Shown in pieces: positions 1-4,394 of a stretch of DNA of 6,085 nt. The stretch comes from a phage, in sequence record PX907427.1; one strand, 5' to 3'. The notes below the pieces were generated by a model. It ran no database searches. It was not told the origin of the DNA and was given only the letters and a program-made list of their open reading frames with translations. Made by a program: the position numbers and the translations under genes. The first letter of the stretch is position 1; every line of letters starts with the position of its first letter.

Positions 1-26
1 TTGTTGACATTCCCCAAACCCTTATG

Positions 27-65
27 AGACTCTTGCTTCAACGAAACGAAGTTGGAGTCTTTTTT
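27..65 (+). terminator. Candidate intrinsic terminator downstream of gene H in the circular genome (TH-like): bipartite hairpin plus T-tract
   Basis: Seen in sequence: agactc (27-32) pairs with gagtct (55-60); inner stem caac (39-42) pairs with gttg (51-54); followed by ttttt (61-65). Stem is short and only moderately GC-rich, so strength is uncertain. Confidence 0.3.
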
Positions 66-434
66 ATGAAACCTGCTCACCGCCTTTTTCACCCTGTTCT
101 TGGCTCATGGTTGTTTAAGTGCCCCGTTTATGTTCGTTATGAGTCCCTTCATCACGGTCGCCTCATTAAGGTTCGTGCTGTTCGTGATCTTTCCCCTCGT
201 CAGCAGTTGATTGCCAATCCTAAAAATTGCTTTGATGTTGTCATCGCTGAGATTGACGTTACTCGTCTTTCTGTTACTTGGTATGATTTTGAAGCCGAAG
301 AGTATGCTGAGTGTGATTCCGGCACTATGGAGCTTCTTCTTTCTCAGGTAAATTCTGGCGAGGTTATTCGCTCATCTGAAGATCTGTTTGTTGATGTTGA
401 TGATATGGAATGGCTTTATGAAATTGCGGAGTAA
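66..434 (+). CDS. Hypothetical protein (ORF1) in the H-A intergenic region, 122 aa from ATG 66 (136 aa if ATG 24 is used); basic N-terminal half, acidic C-terminal half
   Basis: Open frame 24-434 in the ORF track. GGAG at 54-57 lies 8 nt upstream of ATG 66; ATG 24 has no SD. Codon third positions are strongly T-biased (cgt, gtt, gct, gat, ctt), matching the confirmed phage genes. No homolog recognised by eye. Confidence 0.5.
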   Translation: MKPAHRLFHPVLGSWLFKCPVYVRYESLHHGRLIKVRAVRDLSPRQQLIANPKNCFDVVIAEIDVTRLSVTWYDFEAEEYAECDSGTMELLLSQVNSGEVIRSSEDLFVDVDDMEWLYEIAE

Positions 435-437
435 GTC

Positions 438-527
438 GTGGAAACTGTTATCGGAAAATTTATTGCTCTGGCTGTTGTTGCTCTTATGCTGTATGGAATT
501 TCCCGTTTGATTCGGAGGTTCCCGTGA
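438..527 (+). CDS. Hypothetical small hydrophobic peptide (ORF2), 29 aa, GTG start: METVIGKFIALAVVALMLYGISRLIRRFP
   Basis: GTG 438 preceded by cGGAG (427-431) with a 6-nt spacer; one predicted transmembrane-like segment followed by a basic tail RLIRR; same frame as ORF1, separated from it only by TAA (432-434) plus one codon; its stop TGA (525-527) overlaps the ORF3 start. Short ORF, so chance occurrence is not excluded. Confidence 0.3.
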   Translation: METVIGKFIALAVVALMLYGISRLIRRFP

Positions 528-700
528 AATATTTTAGTTTGGTAGATGAACATTATGCTTACTGCCCTGATACAAGGATTTTGCACATTACTCGTAGTCG
601 TGTTTCTGACCCTCGGTATGAGCGTCGTTTTCTTACTGATGAGGAACATTTTGCACTTTTGGATTGGTTGAAAAATCGTCCAACTTACATTAATTCTTGA
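524..700 (+). CDS. Hypothetical protein (ORF3), 58 aa, GTG start: MKYFSLVDEHYAYCPDTRILHITRSRVSDPRYERRFLTDEEHFALLDWLKNRPTYINS
   Basis: GTG 524 preceded by GGAGG (514-518) with a 5-nt spacer; GTGA start/stop overlap with ORF2; T-biased third codon positions; absent from the supplied ORF track (below its length cutoff or because of the GTG start). Confidence 0.4.
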   Translation: MKYFSLVDEHYAYCPDTRILHITRSRVSDPRYERRFLTDEEHFALLDWLKNRPTYINS

Positions 701-726
701 CAGACCTTTAAAATACCCTCTATATT
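697..726 (+). promoter_or_regulatory. Candidate sigma70 promoter for gene A (pA-like): -35 TTGACA (697-702), 18-nt spacer, -10 TATATT (721-726)
   Basis: Perfect -35 hexamer and 5/6 match to the -10 consensus with 18-bp spacing, about 33 nt upstream of the A start codon; phiX174 has its pA promoter in the equivalent position (established knowledge). Confidence 0.4.
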
Positions 727-755
727 GCCCTCATAGTTTCACTACGAGGGCTTTT
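727..755 (+). promoter_or_regulatory. Hairpin plus T-run immediately upstream of the gene A ATG; terminator-like and/or SD-sequestering 5'-UTR structure
   Basis: gccctc (727-732) pairs with gagggc (746-751), inner tagt/acta pairs (734-737 with 741-744), then tttt (752-755). The only SD-like motif for gene A (GAGGG, 746-750) is in the 3' arm of the stem. Confidence 0.3.
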
Positions 756-758
756 CGC

Positions 759-2243
759 ATGGCTACTGAAATCTTCTCTGATGTTGTTAAGTCTGTTTGG
801 TCGCACGCTACGGCTAAGCATGCTCATCTTCGCATGGCTGTTCAGGTTGATAATCGTAGCCGCCTCCTTTCTGACCTCGTTTATCAGTTGGAAAAACGCC
901 TTTCTGAAGAGACTCATTTGGATGATGAGACTCTTTCCGTCTATGAATCTCAGACTGCCCTTCTGGAAGACCATATGGCACTGGTTCGGAAGTGTGCTGC
1001 CCAACTTGATAATAGTAACACTATAGACCACCGTACCCCTTTGGATGCCGAATGTGTTTTTCTGTTTGAGATGATTTGCCCTGGTGTTCGCTACGGTAAA
1101 ACATTGAATTCTCTTTGGACTAAGTATGTCGCCCAGTGGCCTGAGAAGTTGATTCGTCAGGAGTTAGACATGGTTAAGCCTTTATCCTTTAAGGATGAGG
1201 TTGCTAAGTACATGGAGAAGATGCAGGAAAAAACACGCAAGAATCGCATGACTCAGAAAGTGATTAATGAGATGCGTATTGCTCACCAAAAAGGCTGGTT
1301 CTTCGTATTTGATACGTTGACACTTGCCGATGACCGTTTGCAGGCTTTTAATGAAAACCCCAATGCTCTCCGTGATTATTTTAGGACTGTTGGTCGAGCT
1401 GTTCTGCGCGCTGAAGGTCGTTCGGTTAAGGATTCCTACAATGACTGCTATCGCTATCTTTGTGTGCCGGAGTTTGGAGGTCAGCACGGCCGTCTTCATT
1501 GGCACGTTGTGCATATGGTGCGGACTCTTCCTTTGGGAAGTCATGACCCTAATTTCGGTCGCAAGGTACGTAATTATCGCCAGATTAACTCGTTCCGTGG
1601 CATGTGGCCTTATGGCTTCACGCAACCGATAGCTGTTCGCTATCAACATGACGCTTATTCTCGTAAAGGTTGGTTATGGCCTGTTGACAAAACAGGAAAA
1701 GCAATGCAGAGTAAGCCGTATCAGGCGGTCGCATGGTATGTGACCAAGTATGTAGCTAAGCAATCTGACCAGCGTCAGAAAGCTATTACCGAGAGACAAA
1801 AGAAATGCAAGAATCCATTAATGGCAATCTGTCTGAAGAAAGAGTTTCGGGTACGCAGCAGTCGGAAGCTCGGAATGGAGCTCCCGTCAATGGCTCACCT
1901 GAGCAACAAGGTACTTCTGGAACTGAGCCGAATCAGCTTCGATTCCAGTCCTCTGTATCAGATAGTGAAAGAGAACGCCAAAAAGCAATTGACCTTGAAC
2001 ATCGGCGCGCTGCCTTTGCACGTCATTTTGGATGTGCGCCCGGAAGTGAGAAGCATGTTGAAAACTATTCGTCGTTTGATGAAAAAGACACCCGAGTTCA
2101 ATTGGCAGAGTTCTATCGCTTCAATGACGGTCACTTTAAAAAATGGGGATATTTCTGATGAAGCACGTCAATACATTATTGATGCAGGAATTACGCCTAC
2201 TGATTTGCGAGCTAAAGCGACTCAGACTTTCGGCGGTAAGTGA
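759..2243 (+). CDS. A: Replication initiation protein A (HUH rolling-circle endonuclease), 494 aa
   Basis: Long blocks match my recollection of phiX174 protein A (WFFVFDTLTLADDRLQAFNENPNALRDYFR, PVDKTGKA, C-terminal GITPTDLRAKATQTFGGK). HUH motif H-W-H at 1497-1505; paired catalytic tyrosines in YVTKYV at 1737-1739 and 1749-1751. The gene contains the viral-strand origin. Confidence 0.95.
   Translation: MATEIFSDVVKSVWSHATAKHAHLRMAVQVDNRSRLLSDLVYQLEKRLSEETHLDDETLSVYESQTALLEDHMALVRKCAAQLDNSNTIDHRTPLDAECVFLFEMICPGVRYGKTLNSLWTKYVAQWPEKLIRQELDMVKPLSFKDEVAKYMEKMQEKTRKNRMTQKVINEMRIAHQKGWFFVFDTLTLADDRLQAFNENPNALRDYFRTVGRAVLRAEGRSVKDSYNDCYRYLCVPEFGGQHGRLHWHVVHMVRTLPLGSHDPNFGRKVRNYRQINSFRGMWPYGFTQPIAVRYQHDAYSRKGWLWPVDKTGKAMQSKPYQAVAWYVTKYVAKQSDQRQKAITERQKKCKNPLMAICLKKEFRVRSSRKLGMELPSMAHLSNKVLLELSRISFDSSPLYQIVKENAKKQLTLNIGALPLHVILDVRPEVRSMLKTIRRLMKKTPEFNWQSSIASMTVTLKNGDISDEARQYIIDAGITPTDLRAKATQTFGGK
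1002..1031 (+). other. Viral (+) strand origin of rolling-circle replication, 30-nt A-protein recognition/nick sequence CAACTTGATAATAGTAACACTATAGACCAC
   Basis: 28/30 identical to the phiX174 origin 30-mer CAACTTGATATTAATAACACTATAGACCAC as I recall it; expected nick between G1008 and A1009; located inside gene A as in phiX174. Confidence 0.9.
1221..2243 (+). CDS. A*: Protein A* (internal in-frame restart within gene A), 340 aa if ATG 1221 is used; ATG 1212 is an alternative
   Basis: In-frame ATGs at 1212 and 1221 sit where phiX174 A* starts (MKSRRG... in phiX, MQEKTRKNRM... here). GGAG at 1214-1217 is too close to ATG 1221 and GAGG 1197-1200 is 11 nt from ATG 1212, so the start is uncertain. 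Confidence 0.45.
   Translation: MQEKTRKNRMTQKVINEMRIAHQKGWFFVFDTLTLADDRLQAFNENPNALRDYFRTVGRAVLRAEGRSVKDSYNDCYRYLCVPEFGGQHGRLHWHVVHMVRTLPLGSHDPNFGRKVRNYRQINSFRGMWPYGFTQPIAVRYQHDAYSRKGWLWPVDKTGKAMQSKPYQAVAWYVTKYVAKQSDQRQKAITERQKKCKNPLMAICLKKEFRVRSSRKLGMELPSMAHLSNKVLLELSRISFDSSPLYQIVKENAKKQLTLNIGALPLHVILDVRPEVRSMLKTIRRLMKKTPEFNWQSSIASMTVTLKNGDISDEARQYIIDAGITPTDLRAKATQTFGGK
1805..2158 (+). CDS. B: Internal scaffolding protein B, 117 aa, encoded in an alternate frame inside gene A
   Basis: C-terminal region matches phiX174 B from memory (ERERQKAIDLE, AEFYRF, terminal GYF); position inside A as in phiX174. Confidence 0.9.
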   Translation: MQESINGNLSEERVSGTQQSEARNGAPVNGSPEQQGTSGTEPNQLRFQSSVSDSERERQKAIDLEHRRAAFARHFGCAPGSEKHVENYSSFDEKDTRVQLAEFYRFNDGHFKKWGYF

Positions 2244-2319
2244 CCCGGATTTTTCTCAGGAGAAAATTCATGCTGAGCTCGACTCGCTACTATGCAAGTT
2301 ATCGCGCCACTTTGACTAA
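2158..2319 (+). CDS. K: Protein K, 53 aa: MKHVNTLLMQELRLLICELKRLRLSAVSDPDFSQEKIHAELDSLLCKLSRHFD
   Basis: Not in the ORF track (too short). ATG 2158 shares its A with the B stop TGA (2156-2158); GGGGA 2145-2149 lies upstream; the ORF spans the A stop and the C start in the third frame; QELRLLICEL resembles QELLLLVYEL of phiX174 K (recollection). Confidence 0.75.
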   Translation: MKHVNTLLMQELRLLICELKRLRLSAVSDPDFSQEKIHAELDSLLCKLSRHFD

Positions 2320-2476
2320 GCAGTTGATGTTTCTTACGAAAGCTGACTTTACCAATGATGACGAGAAATGGCTTAATGCCTTTGGTAACCTTCTCCGTCA
2401 GTGGTTTCAGATTGAAGACTGGAAAGGCAATCACAAAAAATTGCTTGACGACCTGAAAAAACGTGATTATCTTTGA
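2270..2476 (+). CDS. C: Protein C (DNA maturation / stage III replication switch), 68 aa from ATG 2270
   Basis: Matches phiX174 C from memory (YFATFRHQLT...DEEKWLN in phiX versus YYASYRATLT...DDEKWLN here). The track's start at 2240 is a GTG overlapping the A stop; ATG 2270 has AGGAG (2258-2262) 7 nt upstream and is the more likely start. Confidence 0.85.
   Translation: MLSSTRYYASYRATLTKQLMFLTKADFTNDDEKWLNAFGNLLRQWFQIEDWKGNHKKLLDDLKKRDYL
2445..2473 (+). promoter_or_regulatory. Candidate sigma70 promoter for the late genes (pD-like): -35 TTGACG (2445-2450), 17-nt spacer, -10 TATCTT (2468-2473)
   Basis: Motif positions read from the sequence; lies inside the 3' end of gene C about 30 nt upstream of the D start, the position of pD in phiX174 (established knowledge). 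Confidence 0.35.
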
Positions 2477-2502
2477 CCCGAATCTTACAAAAGGAGTTAC
2501 CT

Positions 2503-2955
2503 ATGAATATTGTTTCTGATGTTAATTACGCTACTTCTGTTGCTGCTCTTCGTATGTTGCAGGCTAGTGCTGTTCTGGATATTACTGAGGAAGATTTTGA
2601 CTTCCTGACTGGTGATAAGATTTGGATTGCTACCGACCGTAACCGTGCGCGTCGTTGTGTTGAGGCTTGTGTTTATGGAACGCTGGACTTTGTTGGATAT
2701 CCTCGCTTTCCTGCTCCTGTTGAGTTTATTGCTGCCGTCATTGCTTATTATGTTCATCCCGTCAATGTACAGACAGCATGCCTCGTTATGGAAGGCGCGG
2801 AGTTTAGCGAAAACATTATCAATGGCGTCGAGCGTCCGGTTAATGCCGCTGAGCTCTTCGCCTACACCCTGCGTATTAAGGCAGGATTCAAAGAAACTGT
2901 AATGGATGCCGAGGAAAATGCTCGTCAGAAATTACGTGCTAATGGACTGAAGTGA
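2503..2955 (+). CDS. D: External scaffolding protein D, 150 aa
   Basis: Very high identity to phiX174 D from memory (ARRCVEACVYGTLDFVGYPRFPAPVEFIAAVIAYYVHPVN is identical). AAGGAG (2491-2496) lies 6 nt upstream of ATG 2503. The track's start at 2473 is a TTG upstream extension. Confidence 0.95.
   Translation: MNIVSDVNYATSVAALRMLQASAVLDITEEDFDFLTGDKIWIATDRNRARRCVEACVYGTLDFVGYPRFPAPVEFIAAVIAYYVHPVNVQTACLVMEGAEFSENIINGVERPVNAAELFAYTLRIKAGFKETVMDAEENARQKLRANGLK
2675..2902 (+). CDS. E: Lysis protein E (MraY inhibitor), 75 aa, encoded in the +1 frame inside gene D
   Basis: N-terminal transmembrane domain MERWTLLDILAFLLLLSLLLPSLLIMFIPS is nearly identical to phiX174 E (MVRWTLWDTLAFLLLLSLLLPSLLIMFIPS, recollection), including the conserved Pro in LLLPSLL. 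GAGG (2662-2665) lies 9 nt upstream of ATG 2675. Confidence 0.8.
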   Translation: MERWTLLDILAFLLLLSLLLPSLLIMFIPSMYRQHASLWKARSLAKTLSMASSVRLMPLSSSPTPCVLRQDSKKL

Positions 2956-2956
2956 T

Positions 2957-3031
2957 ATGAAAAAATCTCGTCGTTCTCCATCTCGTCGCAAAGGTGCCCG
3001 CCTTTGGTATGTAGGCGGTTCTCAGTTTTAA
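2957..3031 (+). CDS. J: DNA-binding protein J, 24 aa: MKKSRRSPSRRKGARLWYVGGSQF
   Basis: Not in the ORF track. ATG 2957 follows the D stop (TGATATG); highly basic; C-terminus ARLWYVGG.QF matches phiX174 J (GARLWYVGGQQF, recollection). The 24-aa length fits alpha3-like rather than phiX174 (38 aa). Confidence 0.9.
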   Translation: MKKSRRSPSRRKGARLWYVGGSQF

Positions 3032-3033
3032 TC

Positions 3034-3057
3034 ATGGGCCTTCGGGCCCTTTAAGGA
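3034..3057 (+). terminator. J-F intergenic hairpin module (GGGCC-TTCG-GGCCC) followed by TTT and the F SD; candidate weak terminator or mRNA-stabilising stem-loop
   Basis: Perfect 5-bp GC stem (3036-3040 with 3045-3049) around a TTCG loop; the 24-nt module atgggccttcgggccctttaagga is repeated exactly at 4364-4387. Confidence 0.5.
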
Positions 3058-3064
3058 AAATTAA

Positions 3065-4360
3065 ATGTCTAATGTGCAAACCTCCGCAGAACGTGAAATT
3101 GTCGATCTCTCCCATCTTGCTTTTGACTGTGGCATGATTGGTCGTTTGAAAACCGTTTCTTGGACCCCTGTTATTGCTGGTGACTCTTTTGAGATGGATG
3201 CCGTTGGTGTACTTCGTCTTTCTCCGCTTCGTCGCGGTCTGGCGATTGACTCTAAGGTTGATTTCTTCACCTTCTATATTCCGCATCGTCACGTTTATGG
3301 TGACCAGTGGATTCAGTTTATGCGTGATGGTATTGATGCAAGTCCTCTGCCTTCTGTTACTTGTAGCCGTTACCCTGACCATGCTGGTTATGTAGGTACT
3401 ATTGTTCCTACGAATAGCCGTATTCCGAAGTTCTTACATCAGAGCTATCTGAATATTTACAATAACTATTTCCGTGCTCCGTGGATGCCTGAGCGCACTG
3501 AGCAGAACCCTTCCAATCTTAATGAGGATGATGCTCGTTATGGCTTCCGTTGCTGCCATCTTAAAAACATTTGGTCTGCCCCTCTGCCTCCAGAGACTAA
3601 ACTGGTTGAGCAAATGGGTATTAAAAGCAATTCCATTGATATTATGGGCCTACAAGCCGCTTATGCGCAGCTTCACACTGAGCAAGAGCGTACTTACTTT
3701 ATGCAGCGTTACCGTGATGTTATCTCCAGCTTTGGCGGTTCAACCTCTTATGATGCCGATAACCGACCGTTGCTTGTTATGCACACCGACTTCTGGGCTT
3801 CCGGTTACGACGTTGATGGTACTGACCAATCTTCCCTTGGACAGTTCTCTGGTCGAGTCCAGCAGACGTTTAAACACTCAGTGCCGCGATTCTTCGTGCC
3901 TGAGCATGGTGTCATGATGACTTTGGCTCTGATTCGCTTCCCGCCTATCAGTCCGTTGGAGCACCATTATCTTGTTGGTAAGTCTCAGTTAACCTATACC
4001 GACCTTGCTGGCGACCCGGCCCTGATTGGTAACTTGCCTCCTCGCGAGATTAGTTATCATGACCTGTTCCGTGATGGTCGTTCTGGCATTAAGATTAAAG
4101 TTGCTGAGTCTATTTGGTATCGTACTCATCCTGACTACGTTAACTTTAAGTATTATGATTTGCAGGGATTCCCATTCCTTGATGATGCGCCTGGTACGTC
4201 TACTGGTGATAATCTTCAGGAGGCTATTCTTGTTCGTCATCAGGACTATGATGCTTGTTTCCAGTCTCAGCAGTTGTCACAGTGGAATAAACAGGCTCGC
4301 TATAACGTTAGTGTTTATCGCCATATGCCTACTGTTCGCGATTCCATTATGACCTCTTAA
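3065..4360 (+). CDS. F: Major capsid protein F, 431 aa
   Basis: Strong match to phiX174 F from memory ([28 protein letters not shown]...FTFY.PHRHVYG). AAGGA (3053-3057) lies 7 nt upstream of ATG 3065. Confidence 0.97.
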   Translation: MSNVQTSAEREIVDLSHLAFDCGMIGRLKTVSWTPVIAGDSFEMDAVGVLRLSPLRRGLAIDSKVDFFTFYIPHRHVYGDQWIQFMRDGIDASPLPSVTCSRYPDHAGYVGTIVPTNSRIPKFLHQSYLNIYNNYFRAPWMPERTEQNPSNLNEDDARYGFRCCHLKNIWSAPLPPETKLVEQMGIKSNSIDIMGLQAAYAQLHTEQERTYFMQRYRDVISSFGGSTSYDADNRPLLVMHTDFWASGYDVDGTDQSSLGQFSGRVQQTFKHSVPRFFVPEHGVMMTLALIRFPPISPLEHHYLVGKSQLTYTDLAGDPALIGNLPPREISYHDLFRDGRSGIKIKVAESIWYRTHPDYVNFKYYDLQGFPFLDDAPGTSTGDNLQEAILVRHQDYDACFQSQQLSQWNKQARYNVSVYRHMPTVRDSIMTS

Positions 4361-4363
4361 TTT

Positions 4364-4387
4364 ATGGGCCTTCGGGCCCTTTAAGGA
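4364..4387 (+). terminator. F-G intergenic hairpin module, second exact copy of the 24-nt GGGCC-TTCG-GGCCC element
   Basis: Stem 4366-4370 pairs with 4375-4379, loop TTCG; identical to 3034-3057; followed by the G SD AAGGA (4383-4387) and ATG 4395. Confidence 0.5.
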
Positions 4388-4394
4388 TTTATCT

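Noticed and set aside
4-9. Perfect TTGACA -35 hexamer at the start of the window
   Set aside because: No acceptable -10 hexamer 16-19 nt downstream (agactc/tgagac), so a promoter is not supported by this hexamer alone.
416-649. Minus-strand ORF of 77 aa, and the other minus-strand ORFs in the track (720-1031, 1182-1649, 2222-2434, 2497-2757, 3032-3382, 3061-3270, 3989-4240, 4389-5078, 5153-5416, 5505-5747, 5549-5947)
   Set aside because: Microvirus genomes are transcribed only from the + (viral-sense) strand. These ORFs are antisense to confirmed genes, have no SD motifs, and their I/T/N/K/R/S-rich composition is the expected mirror of T-rich sense codons.
1684-1689. TTGACA inside gene A as a possible pB promoter upstream of gene B
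   Set aside because: The sequence 17-18 nt downstream (gcagag/cagagt) is a poor -10, so I do not call a promoter here, although phiX174 has pB somewhere in this part of gene A.
2240-2269. GTG start at 2240 for gene C (track) and TTG start at 2473 for gene D (track)
   Set aside because: Both are upstream extensions opened by non-ATG codons. Internal ATGs at 2270 and 2503 have well-spaced strong SD motifs and align with the phiX174 protein N-termini. The 2240 start for C is kept only as a lower-probability alternative.
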